Shown here piece after piece: positions 1 through 9,158 of a stretch of 32,000 nucleotides of DNA. Both the position numbers and the translations under genes were made by a program. This DNA comes from Gammaproteobacteria bacterium. Its GTDB lineage: Bacteria > Pseudomonadota > Gammaproteobacteria > JBIOEC01. A model generated the notes under the pieces. The model worked only from the letters and a program-made list of their open reading frames with translations. It ran no database searches and was not told where the DNA came from. The stretch is from the NCBI GenBank assembly GCA_965279305.1, contig OZ257143.1:1530001-1562000 (forward strand), in the 5' to 3' direction. The stretch's first letter is position 1. Every line of letters starts with the position of its first letter.

Positions 1-1773
1 CAATATTTATCTCGTTTAGCTAAAGGTGAAGAAGTCCCTTGTTTTGGTTTAACAGAACCGATGGCAGGTAGTGATGCTAATGGTATGGAAGCGTTGGGCG
101 TGGTGGCTAAAGGCCAGCATGAAGGAAAAGAAGTGCTAGGTGTTCGATTGAATTGGGATAAACGCTATATTACCTTAGCGCCTATTGCCACTTTAGTAGG
201 GCTTGCATTTAAATTAACCGATCCCGATGGATTGTTAGGCAAAAAACAAGAATTAGGAATTACTCTTTGCTTAATTCCTTCTAAACATCCTGGTGTTAAA
301 GTAGGTGAACGTCATATTCCATTAACCATGGGTTTTATGAATGGGCCTATTCATGGTCGTGACGTCTTTATTCCGCTAGATTGGATCATTGGTGGAAAAG
401 AAAGAATAGGTCAAGGTTGGAAAATGTTAATGGAATGTTTAGCGGCAGGCAGAGGCATTTCATTACCCGCTATGGGCACCGCCTGTGCCAAATTATCTTA
501 TAGAACAACAGGCGCATATGCGAATATGCGAGAGCAATTTGATTTATCGATTGGCCGTTTTCCGGGGGTGCAGGAATCCATGGGTAGAATAGGTGGGCTT
601 ACCTATTTAGCCGAAGCTACTCGTTTATTTACCGCAGCAGGAATTGATGCAGGTTATCACTCAGCAGTTTCTTCTTCTATTACTAAATATTATCTCACTG
701 AATTTAGCCGCAAAATTATTGATGATGCGATGGATATTCACGGCGGCAGAGGCATTATTATGGGGCCACGAAATTATTTAGCTACCGCTTATTTAGCCAA
801 TCCTATTGGAATTACTGTAGAAGGCGCTAATATTTTAACTCGCACTTTAATGATTTTTGGACAAGGTGCTGTTCGTTGTCATCCTTTTTTGGTGGATGAA
901 TTAAAAGCAGCTGCCAATCCCAACCCTCAAAAAGGATTAGATTCATTTGATGAATTAATGGTCGATCATATTGGTGCATTTGTCAGTAATATTATTCGAT
1001 TACGTATTAGTGAAGTAAGAAGTTGGTATCATCGCCATTGGGGTCGAAAAAATATAGTCAAATCTTATTGTATTCAATTAGAGCGAATGAGTAATGTATT
1101 AGCCGTAGTGACTGATTTACTTTTTGCCATGTTAGGTGGAAATTTAAAACGAGATGAGAGAGTGTCTGGACGTATGGCTGATTTATTAGGCTATTTATAT
1201 ATGGCTTCAGCCGCACTTCGTTATTATAAAAAACAAGGTGAGAATGCGGAAGATATTCCTTATTTAGAATGGTGTTTAGATTTTAGCTTGCATACTATGC
1301 AAGATGCGATAGTAGAAATTGCACATAATTTTCCTCAAAAAGGGCTAAGGCCTTTTATTATCAGGCGTATCTGCTTTCCATTTACATTGCCTTATCGTAA
1401 ACCTCGTGATACCACCGTTACCGATATTGCATTATCTATGCAGAACTCAATCGATTTAAGAGCCCGATTAACACAATATATGCATATTACTGGAGATAAA
1501 AATACACCCACAGGTCGAGTGGAAAATGCCTATCAATTATTTTTAAAAGCACGACCATTGTTGAAAAAACAACATATGTTTGTTAAGAGTGCCGTTAAAG
1601 CAGGTCAATTAGAGAAAAATGTATTGTGGGAAGAGCAAATACAAGCAGCAGAGAAACAAGATATTTTCACTAAAGAAGAATTAGATTTACTAAAACAATA
1701 TCGTTTAGCCTATGTAGATGTGTTAGCAGTCGATGCTTTTCCAGCGAGTGAGGCGAATTTATGCTCAAAATAA
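1..1773 (+). CDS. fadE: Acyl-CoA dehydrogenase, large FadE type (5' end lies outside the window)
   Basis: Frame +1 is open from nt 1 (QYLSRLAKGEEVPCFGLTEPMAGSDA...), so the listed ATG at 61 is internal. The CFxLTEPxAGSD segment and the long C-terminal extension are typical of FadE-type enzymes. The stop overlaps the next gene start by 13 nt. Confidence 0.85.
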   Translation, partial: QYLSRLAKGEEVPCFGLTEPMAGSDANGMEALGVVAKGQHEGKEVLGVRLNWDKRYITLAPIATLVGLAFKLTDPDGLLGKKQELGITLCLIPSKHPGVKVGERHIPLTMGFMNGPIHGRDVFIPLDWIIGGKERIGQGWKMLMECLAAGRGISLPAMGTACAKLSYRTTGAYANMREQFDLSIGRFPGVQESMGRIGGLTYLAEATRLFTAAGIDAGYHSAVSSSITKYYLTEFSRKIIDDAMDIHGGRGIIMGPRNYLATAYLANPIGITVEGANILTRTLMIFGQGAVRCHPFLVDELKAAANPNPQKGLDSFDELMVDHIGAFVSNIIRLRISEVRSWYHRHWGRKNIVKSYCIQLERMSNVLAVVTDLLFAMLGGNLKRDERVSGRMADLLGYLYMASAALRYYKKQGENAEDIPYLEWCLDFSLHTMQDAIVEIAHNFPQKGLRPFIIRRICFPFTLPYRKPRDTTVTDIALSMQNSIDLRARLTQYMHITGDKNTPTGRVENAYQLFLKARPLLKKQHMFVKSAVKAGQLEKNVLWEEQIQAAEKQDIFTKEELDLLKQYRLAYVDVLAVDAFPASEANLCSK

Positions 1774-3071
1774 GTCCTAATCAATCTAGACCTGTTTATA
1801 TTGTGGATGGAACACGTACACCGTTTCTTAAAGCTACCGGCGCTCCAGGCCCTTTTGCAGCGGCAGATTTAGCGGTAGAAGCAGGAAAATCTTTATTATT
1901 GCGCCAATCATTTTCACCTCAAGACTTAAGTGAAGTGATCATGGGGTGCGTGATCCCAAGTTTAGAAGAAGCCAATATTGGCCGTGTGATTAGTTTACGT
2001 TTGGGTTGTGGACATGCGGTACCTGCATGGACGGTGCAACGAAATTGCGGATCGGGTTTGCAAGCGATTGATTCAGGTGCACAAAATATTTCAGTAGGAC
2101 GCAGCGAATTAGTATTAGCAGGTGGTACTGATGCAATGAGTCGTGCGCCTATTTTATTCCCCAATGATTTTGCCACATGGATTTCAAAGTGGTGGCGTGC
2201 AAAAGAGATCAGTCAAAAATTAAAAGTGATCAGTGAATTACGTCCTTCTTATTTTAAGCCTATTATCAGTTTACTAAACGGTTTAATGGATCCCGTGGTG
2301 GGTTTATCTATGGGACAAACCGCTGAAAATGTGGCTAGAGAATTTCATATTACTCGTTTGCAAATGGATGAATATGCCTTAAAAAGCCATCAACGTTTAT
2401 TGAAAGCGCAACAAGATCATACATTAACTGAAATCACGCCTATCTTTGATACGCAAGGTCATTCTTATGCAGAAGATAATGGTGTAAGACCGGATAGCAG
2501 TCTTGAAAAATTAGCAAATCTTAAACCTTTTTTTGATCCTCCTTATGGTGATGTAACAGCTGGAAATAGTTCGCAAATTACTGACGGTGCTGCTCTCGTT
2601 CTTTTAGCCAGTGAAGATGCCATAAAAAAACATAAATTACCCGTAATGGCTAAAATAATTAGTGTAGCGTGGGCAGGGCTTGATCCGGCCTACATGGGAT
2701 TAGGGCCAGCTTATGCCATTAGTAAATTGTTAACACAAACCAATATGAAAGCAGAAGATATTGATTATTGGGAAATTAATGAAGCTTTTGCAGCACAAGT
2801 ATTGGGCAGTGTCATTGCACTCGATAGTGATGAATATTGTAAAAATATATTAGGCTTGCCTGGGAAAATTGGCAAAATACCCATGGATAGATTAAATATT
2901 GAAGGTGGTGCTATCGCTTTAGGGCATCCACTGGGTGCAACGGGCGCACGTCTTACTTTACATATAGCTAATATTTTAAAACAAAAAAACGCACGGTACG
3001 GAGTGGCTAGTATGTGTATTGGTGGTGGCCAAGGCGGAGCTGTTTTAATTGAAAGAGTAGAGCAGGTATAA
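1761..3071 (+). CDS. fadI: 3-ketoacyl-CoA thiolase, FadI / trifunctional-enzyme beta-subunit type
   Basis: 436 aa. Nucleophile Cys context QRNCGSGLQA; C-terminal NIEGGAIALGHPLGATGAR and CIGGGQGGA thiolase motifs. The length and the insertion WWRAKEISQKLKVISELRP...GLSMGQTAE resemble E. coli FadI (recalled) rather than short FadA. GAGG lies about 8 nt upstream of the ATG. Confidence 0.85.
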   Translation: MLKISPNQSRPVYIVDGTRTPFLKATGAPGPFAAADLAVEAGKSLLLRQSFSPQDLSEVIMGCVIPSLEEANIGRVISLRLGCGHAVPAWTVQRNCGSGLQAIDSGAQNISVGRSELVLAGGTDAMSRAPILFPNDFATWISKWWRAKEISQKLKVISELRPSYFKPIISLLNGLMDPVVGLSMGQTAENVAREFHITRLQMDEYALKSHQRLLKAQQDHTLTEITPIFDTQGHSYAEDNGVRPDSSLEKLANLKPFFDPPYGDVTAGNSSQITDGAALVLLASEDAIKKHKLPVMAKIISVAWAGLDPAYMGLGPAYAISKLLTQTNMKAEDIDYWEINEAFAAQVLGSVIALDSDEYCKNILGLPGKIGKIPMDRLNIEGGAIALGHPLGATGARLTLHIANILKQKNARYGVASMCIGGGQGGAVLIERVEQV

Positions 3072-3072
3072 C

Positions 3073-5130
3073 ATGACAGATACATTAAAAAATTGGCAAG
3101 CGCATACTGACGAAGATAATATTGTGTGGTTAACGCTTAGATATGCAGGTGGTAGCACTAATATTTTAACTAATGAAGTAATGGATGAATTTAAAATATT
3201 ATTAGATGGCTACAAAAAAAGTGTTCCACGTGGATTGATTATTATGTCGGGGCATTCTAATGGTTTTATTGCAGGAGCCGATATTCATGAATTTTTAGAA
3301 TTAAAAGATAGCAAAGCGGCTTTTAAAAAACTACGTAAAGGCCAAGAAATTTTTGAACAATTAGCGCATCTTAATTGCCCCACTGTGGCTTTAATTAATG
3401 GTTTTTGTTTAGGCGGTGGTTTAGAGCTAGCATTGGCATGCCGATATCGTATTGCACTGAATGAAAATAAGACGCGTTTGGGTTTTCCTGAAATTTTATT
3501 AGGTATTCATCCGGGGTGGGGTGGTTGTGTACGTACACCACTTTTAATCGGTGCGCCCGCTGCTTTGGATCTTATTTTGTCAGGAAAAACGGTAAATGCC
3601 AAAAAAGCGAAAAAAATAGGGTTAATTGATGATATGGTTCCTGAGCGCGAATTTACCCGTGCAGCTAAATATTTTATTATGCATCAGCCAAGCCCCAGTC
3701 ATTTGCATGGTTGGAGACCATTAACCAATGCTGCGTTGATTAGACCTTTATTAGGCGCTATTGTTCGAAAACAATTAGAGCAAAAAGCATCATCTCAACA
3801 TTATCCAGCCCCTTATGCTGTTTTAAAATGGTGGATTGAAGTAGGCCCTCAAGCTAAAGATGCATTAGAGAAAGAAGCTAAATCGGTTAGCGAATTAGTG
3901 TTGCATCCTTCCACTGAAAATTTAATTCGAGTGTATTTATTACAAGAACGTTTGAAAAAAATGGCAGGCCTTCATGAAAATCCGCCTCAGAAATTACACG
4001 TAGTCGGTGGTGGAACCATGGGTGGTGATATTGCCGTATGGAGTGCTGTTCAAGGTTTGCATGTAACGGTATATGATCAGCAATTAAATACGTTGGCGAG
4101 TGTTCGTAAACGAATGATGGATATGGTTACCAAACGTTTTTGGAAAAAAACGGATCAAGATCATGCCATCGATCGTTTAACGTTAGATCAAGCGGCTGAA
4201 GGTGTAAAACATGCGGATGTTATTATTGAAGCCATTCCTGAAGATTTAGCATTAAAACAAAAAGTGTGGAAATCGATTCAAGAATCAGCAAAGCCTAATG
4301 CTTTATTAGCCACCAATACGTCTAGCATTCCTTTGCCTGAAATTGGTAAAGCATTACCACAACCTGATCGATTAATTGGTATTCATTTTTTTAATCCTGT
4401 AGCTATATTGCAATTAGTAGAAGTGGTTACCACGTCTAAAACGAATCCTGAATTATCTGAGCTCGCTTATCAGTATTTAAAATTGATTAATCATTTTCCT
4501 TTGCCGGTAAAAAGTTCTCCGGGCTTTTTAGTGAATCGTATTTTAATGCCTTATCTTTTAGAAGCCGCCATGTTGTTAGATGAAGGCATTGCTCCCCATC
4601 TTATTGATAAAGCCGCCAAAGATTTTGGTATGCCTATGGGGCCTATCGAAATTTGTGATACGGTAGGTTTAGATGTTTGTTTAGCGGTAGCTGAGCATTT
4701 ATCTCAATATTATCCTGCTAAGATCCCGGATTCGCTGCGCTCTATGGTGGCGGCAGGGAAACTAGGGCGCAAAACGGGAAGTGGATTTTATGATTATAAA
4801 CACAAGAAGCCTCAAGAAGTTTTTGTGCCTCCTGAGAAACCGCCTAATAATGCTTCGGGCAAAGAAAATATCAGCATTATTACTGATCGTATAATCATGC
4901 GATTGCTCAATGAAGCGTGTGCCTGCTGGCGCGAAAAGATTGTAGAAGATGCTGATTTGGTAGATGCAGGCATGGTATTTGGCACTGGATTTGCCCCTTT
5001 TAGAGGTGGACCGCTTCATTATGCCCAATCTTTGGGTTTGGATGCTGTTTTGAAGAAATTTAGCACCTTAGAGACGCATTGTGGTGAGCGCTTTAAGCCC
5101 GACGAAGGTTGGGCGGCGCTCTTGAAGTAA
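3073..5130 (+). CDS. fadJ: Fused enoyl-CoA hydratase / 3-hydroxyacyl-CoA dehydrogenase (FadJ/FadB type alpha subunit)
   Basis: 685 aa. N-terminal crotonase motifs (GFIAGADI, GFCLGGGLELALAC), a central Rossmann motif (VVGGGTMGGDIA) and the 3-hydroxyacyl-CoA dehydrogenase region (NTSSIP, GFLVNRIL). It starts 1 nt after the thiolase stop; thiolase-first order matches fadIJ. Confidence 0.85.
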   Translation: MTDTLKNWQAHTDEDNIVWLTLRYAGGSTNILTNEVMDEFKILLDGYKKSVPRGLIIMSGHSNGFIAGADIHEFLELKDSKAAFKKLRKGQEIFEQLAHLNCPTVALINGFCLGGGLELALACRYRIALNENKTRLGFPEILLGIHPGWGGCVRTPLLIGAPAALDLILSGKTVNAKKAKKIGLIDDMVPEREFTRAAKYFIMHQPSPSHLHGWRPLTNAALIRPLLGAIVRKQLEQKASSQHYPAPYAVLKWWIEVGPQAKDALEKEAKSVSELVLHPSTENLIRVYLLQERLKKMAGLHENPPQKLHVVGGGTMGGDIAVWSAVQGLHVTVYDQQLNTLASVRKRMMDMVTKRFWKKTDQDHAIDRLTLDQAAEGVKHADVIIEAIPEDLALKQKVWKSIQESAKPNALLATNTSSIPLPEIGKALPQPDRLIGIHFFNPVAILQLVEVVTTSKTNPELSELAYQYLKLINHFPLPVKSSPGFLVNRILMPYLLEAAMLLDEGIAPHLIDKAAKDFGMPMGPIEICDTVGLDVCLAVAEHLSQYYPAKIPDSLRSMVAAGKLGRKTGSGFYDYKHKKPQEVFVPPEKPPNNASGKENISIITDRIIMRLLNEACACWREKIVEDADLVDAGMVFGTGFAPFRGGPLHYAQSLGLDAVLKKFSTLETHCGERFKPDEGWAALLK

Positions 5131-5156
5131 GTTCTTTAACCCTCTAAAATACCCCT

Positions 5157-6920
5157 ATGAAAAACACTATAAGTGCCTCTTCTGATATGAATTCTTGGGT
5201 GACGTATAAACGTCTTTTCAGCTATATCTATCGCTACTGGTTTGTTTTTGTTATTGCTATTACCGGTAGTATTGGCTATTCAGCCGTAGATGCCTGGCTC
5301 GTTAAATTCCTGCAACCCATGATTGACGAAGGCTTAGTAGCCCGAGATGAATGGTTTATTCAGTTAATCCCCATTGTACTTCCTGCTATTTTTCTTTTAA
5401 GAGGCGTAATGAGCTTTGCCTCTGATTACAGTATGGCCTGGCTTGCTCGCCATATTGTTACTCAAGTACGCAGAGAAATTTTTGATCATTTACAGCATCT
5501 TCCTGCCACTTTTTATGATAGCCATGCTTCAGGCACCTTATTAGCCAAAATTATTTACAATACCGATCAAGTGGCTAGAGCAGTAACCGATGTGATTATT
5601 GAATCGGTGAGAAATGCGTTTTTAATTATTTTCTTAGTAGGCGTAATGCTATGGACTAATTGGCAGCTTACGCTGGCATTCTTATTGGTAGGTCCGTTTA
5701 TTGTGGTTATTTTTGTCATTGCGAGCCGTCGTTTTCGTCGATTAAGTCGTGAATCTCAAAATGCGATTGCGGATATGACACATGTGGCAGAAGAAAATAT
5801 CGAAAATTATAAAGTAGTGAGAATTTTTGGTGGTGAAAATTATGAGGTTCAGCAGTTTGATAAAACCATAGAGCGCACACGCCGCTATGAAATGAAGAAT
5901 TATCTCACTCGCGGAGTGACGGTTCCTGCTATTCAAGTATTGGGTGGATTTGCTTTTGGAATGGTGATTTATATTGCTATGAATTATTTGCCTGCTTCTG
6001 AACTCACCGCAGGTGCTTTTGCTACTTTAGCAGCTGCAATGATTAGCTTATTAAAACCTATCAAAGAGCTGACTTCTGTCAGCAATAAAATTCAACGCGG
6101 ATTGGCTGGTGCTGAAAGTGTATTTGAATTATTAGATGAACCTAGAGAAGTGAATACCGGTACCTTAGAAGTAGGCCGTGTGAAAGGAGCGATTGATTTT
6201 GACCATGTCAGTTTTTCTTATGGCGCAGAATCGGCTTCTCCTGTGGTATTAGAAAATTTTGATTTATCCATTAAACCCGGTCAGCGTATTGCACTTTTAG
6301 GGCGTTCCGGTGCTGGTAAATCTACCGTGACTAATTTATTAACTGGTTTTTACAGTAATTACCAAGGAACCATTACAATTGATGGGCATAGCATACGCGA
6401 CTTTTCTCTTGATTCATTGCGAAGACAGTTTGCTGTAGTGACTCAAAATATCACTTTGTTTAACGATACCATTGCCAATAATATCACTTATGGTACTGAT
6501 CACGATCATGACGAAAAACGTCTTTATGAAGCGGCAAAAGCGGCTCATGCACTGGAATTTATTGAACGATTACCCGATGGTTTTAATAGTCTAGTAGGTG
6601 AGAATGGAGTGTTATTATCAGGTGGCCAACGCCAACGTTTGGCTATTGCTCGTGCTATTTATAAAGATGCGCCTATATTAATATTAGACGAAGCCACTTC
6701 AGCTCTGGATACTGAATCTGAGCGCCATATTCAAGTAGCCTTAGATGAATTAATGCAAAATCGTACGAGTTTAATTATTGCGCATCGTTTATCTACTATT
6801 GAACAGGCTGATCTGATTGTAGTGCTAGAAAATGGGAAAATTGTTGAGCAGGGCACCCATAAACAATTAATGGCACTTAAAAAGAATTATGCACAACTGC
6901 GCAATATGCAGAAGCTTTAA
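5157..6920 (+). CDS. msbA: Lipid A export ABC transporter MsbA (fused permease-ATPase)
   Basis: 587 aa. Six-TM N-terminal domain, Walker A GRSGAGKST, signature LSGGQRQRLAIARA, Walker B ILILDEATSALD, H-loop IAHRLST. Lies immediately upstream of lpxK, as in many gammaproteobacteria. Confidence 0.85.
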   Translation: MKNTISASSDMNSWVTYKRLFSYIYRYWFVFVIAITGSIGYSAVDAWLVKFLQPMIDEGLVARDEWFIQLIPIVLPAIFLLRGVMSFASDYSMAWLARHIVTQVRREIFDHLQHLPATFYDSHASGTLLAKIIYNTDQVARAVTDVIIESVRNAFLIIFLVGVMLWTNWQLTLAFLLVGPFIVVIFVIASRRFRRLSRESQNAIADMTHVAEENIENYKVVRIFGGENYEVQQFDKTIERTRRYEMKNYLTRGVTVPAIQVLGGFAFGMVIYIAMNYLPASELTAGAFATLAAAMISLLKPIKELTSVSNKIQRGLAGAESVFELLDEPREVNTGTLEVGRVKGAIDFDHVSFSYGAESASPVVLENFDLSIKPGQRIALLGRSGAGKSTVTNLLTGFYSNYQGTITIDGHSIRDFSLDSLRRQFAVVTQNITLFNDTIANNITYGTDHDHDEKRLYEAAKAAHALEFIERLPDGFNSLVGENGVLLSGGQRQRLAIARAIYKDAPILILDEATSALDTESERHIQVALDELMQNRTSLIIAHRLSTIEQADLIVVLENGKIVEQGTHKQLMALKKNYAQLRNMQKL

Positions 6921-6934
6921 TCTCAAAATTTTAT

Positions 6935-7948
6935 ATGCTTAAAAAAATTTGGCAGGCTTTAGAATTGTGGTTTGCTCAATCTTGGTATCAGGACAATATT
7001 CCTTTTTGGTTTTTCTGGCCTTTACTCTATCCTTTATCTAAATGTTACGAATTAATCGTGTATTTTCGTTATCAAAAAGCCAAGAAAAATTTTAAATCAG
7101 CTCATTTCCGTGCTCCAGTTATTGTTATTGGTAATATCACCGTAGGTGGCAGTGGAAAAACGCCTGCAGTGATGGCGGTATTTAATTTTCTAAAAGAAAA
7201 AGGGTTTAAACCTGGTATTGTTACGCGTGGTTATAAAGGCAATCCTCCTCAGTATCCTTATTTAGTTGATTCGGCCAGCCGTGCCAGTGAATCTGGTGAT
7301 GAGGCTTTATTATTGTTTAAAGAACTTAATTGCCCGGTGGTGGTTGATCCAGATCGTTTAGAAGCTGTGAATTTTTTATTAACGCATTATCCAGATGTTA
7401 ATGTAGTGATTTGTGATGATGGGTTACAGCATTATGCATTACCTAGAAATTATGAAATAGCGGTGGTGGATGCTAAACGTGAGTTTGGTAATGGTTTTTC
7501 TTTGCCTCTAGGGCCACTAAGAGAGCCTCTATCGCGTCTTAAAGAAGTGGATATGGTTTTATATCAGGGTAAGCAAGAAAGTAATCGAGCAGGCTTTGAG
7601 TTAAAGCCAGAATTACTGATTAATGTAACTGATCCTAAGCAAACATTAGCGGTAGAGCGTTTATTAAATATGCCGGTACATGCAGTGGCAGGAATAAGTG
7701 ATCCCCAACGCTTTTTTGATACCTTGAGTTCTTTAGGCTTACAAGTATTACCTCATCCGCTGCCCGATCATGCCTGGTTAACCAAAGACGATTTAGTCTA
7801 TAATGACAACTATCCAGTGATTATGACGGCAAAAGATGCCATAAAATGTGAAAATATCAATGGCGAAAATGTCTGGTATTTAAAAGTAAAGCCGGTATTG
7901 AATGCGCACGCACGCGAACAGTTAACTCAACTTTTTAAAGAGATGTAA
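6935..7948 (+). CDS. lpxK: Tetraacyldisaccharide 4'-kinase
   Basis: 337 aa. N-terminal hydrophobic anchor, P-loop [16 protein letters not shown] and DDGLQH motifs characteristic of LpxK. Position is downstream of msbA. Confidence 0.9.
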   Translation: MLKKIWQALELWFAQSWYQDNIPFWFFWPLLYPLSKCYELIVYFRYQKAKKNFKSAHFRAPVIVIGNITVGGSGKTPAVMAVFNFLKEKGFKPGIVTRGYKGNPPQYPYLVDSASRASESGDEALLLFKELNCPVVVDPDRLEAVNFLLTHYPDVNVVICDDGLQHYALPRNYEIAVVDAKREFGNGFSLPLGPLREPLSRLKEVDMVLYQGKQESNRAGFELKPELLINVTDPKQTLAVERLLNMPVHAVAGISDPQRFFDTLSSLGLQVLPHPLPDHAWLTKDDLVYNDNYPVIMTAKDAIKCENINGENVWYLKVKPVLNAHAREQLTQLFKEM

Positions 7949-7952
7949 CATT

Positions 7953-8162
7953 ATGATGAATAAATCCCTGCTTGATATTTTGGTTTGTCCTTTGTGCAAA
8001 GGTAAACTGACTTATGATAAAACTGCACAAGAATTGATATGTTCTTTTGACAAATTGGCTTATCCCATCAGAGAAGGGATCCCTGTTATGTTGATTGAAG
8101 AAGCTCGTCAATTAAATGCCAATCACGAAGAAAACCAAGAAGGTAATAGAGAAGGCCAATAA
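7953..8162 (+). CDS. ycaR: Trm112/YcaR family small zinc-ribbon-like protein (UPF0434)
   Basis: 69 aa. [14 protein letters not shown]...ELIC...[13 protein letters not shown] matches the YcaR pattern (recalled E. coli LLEIIACPVCNGKL...LAFPLRDGIPVLL). Conserved position after lpxK. Confidence 0.85.
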   Translation: MMNKSLLDILVCPLCKGKLTYDKTAQELICSFDKLAYPIREGIPVMLIEEARQLNANHEENQEGNREGQ

Positions 8163-8728
8163 TGTTTAAACAACTTATTTTATTTGTTTTTCTAGGTTTG
8201 TTTGTTGTGAATATGGCGATAGCGACAGACTACGCCCCTTGCGGCCCTGTGGGTGCCTATGTTTATGTAGGTGATACGCAAGCCAAAGTGCTTTCTACTT
8301 GTGGTCAGCCTGCTAGCGCTAGAGATTATAGTGCTTCTAATGATACTACCTTGCATAAAGTTCGTTGGGCTTATACCCAGAATTACTCCATTAATAATAA
8401 CTCCGGCGAGTCAGTGAGTATTAATCAAGGAAGCCGTTATGTGGTTGAATTTGTGGATGAAAAAGTCACCCAAGTTTATATAGGGGGAATGCCATACGAT
8501 TCATTTGATTATTGTGGCCCTGTTCCCGGTATGCGCCGCTCTATTGAGAAAGGTGACACCATGTCTCAAGTAAGAGCGATGTGTGGATCGCCTACTTTTG
8601 CCAATGCAGTCGATGAAAAACAAACCGCTGAACCCTCACAACTCACCGAATATATTTATCAATCCGATCCTTCTTTTCCTGCGACGACTATTGTTTTTGA
8701 GAATGGAATAGTGAAAACACTTAGGTAA
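8162..8728 (+). CDS. Secreted protein with two DUF2845-like repeats
   Basis: 188 aa. Signal peptide [23 protein letters not shown]. Two internal repeats each have a Cys pair: DYAPCGPV...GDTQAKVLSTCGQP and FDYCGPV...GDTMSQVRAMCGSP. The ATG overlaps the ycaR stop (TAATG). Confidence 0.65.
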   Translation: MFKQLILFVFLGLFVVNMAIATDYAPCGPVGAYVYVGDTQAKVLSTCGQPASARDYSASNDTTLHKVRWAYTQNYSINNNSGESVSINQGSRYVVEFVDEKVTQVYIGGMPYDSFDYCGPVPGMRRSIEKGDTMSQVRAMCGSPTFANAVDEKQTAEPSQLTEYIYQSDPSFPATTIVFENGIVKTLR

Positions 8729-8823
8729 GACCTAGCACCATCCTTGAAATATTTAGAATATCAACTAAACTTAAATCATAATAATAAAAAAGGAAGTACG
8801 AATAAGCTAATGTGGAGATCGAA

Positions 8824-9003
8824 ATGAAACTTTTTAACTTTCATAGTGGGTCGCATACAACCATTGGTAACAATGGAAGTAGTCCGCATTCGCACGTTCA
8901 GGAAGAAGATCACGATGTGGCAATGCACGCCGTAGTGGGGGTCACATTATTCGTATTATCTATGCTAGTCATTGCTGCCATTGCTTTTATATTTGGACAT
9001 TGA
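8824..9003 (+). CDS. Hypothetical His-rich, C-terminally membrane-anchored mini-protein (59 aa from ATG 8824; the ORF track starts at GTG 8812)
   Basis: GGAG lies 6 nt upstream of ATG 8824. The N-terminal half has 7 His plus an acidic patch (HSGSH...PHSHVQEEDHD). The C-terminal VVGVTLFVLSMLVIAAIAFIF is one TM helix. No homolog recognised; short ORF. Confidence 0.3.
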   Translation: MKLFNFHSGSHTTIGNNGSSPHSHVQEEDHDVAMHAVVGVTLFVLSMLVIAAIAFIFGH

Positions 9004-9075
9004 GCAGCATAGCGAACAAACGAGATGAGAACTTTGTTTCTCACCTACGTTATCCTGCCATAACGACGAGCAGGA

Positions 9076-9147
9076 GCGGCAATACACATGGCTTAACGTG
9101 CTAGATCTTGAAAAAGCAACAGCATCCATGTGTGCCGCACTTTTTTT
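9076..9147 (+). terminator. Terminator-like long hairpin followed by a T7 run
   Basis: 5' arm 9076-9091 (gcggcaATAcacatgg) pairs with 3' arm 9126-9138 (ccatgtgtgccgc). This gives 13 bp with a 3-nt bulge and a 34-nt loop. It is followed by ac + ttttttt (9141-9147). The AAGGA RBS of the next gene follows directly. Confidence 0.4.
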
Positions 9148-9158
9148 AAGGATAAAAA

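Noticed and set aside
1919-3085. Antisense ORFs 1919-2176 and 2765-3085 inside the thiolase gene
   Set aside because: They are fully embedded opposite a strongly motif-supported CDS. Their sequences are low-complexity or Cys/Pro-rich with no recognisable features, typical of shadow ORFs.
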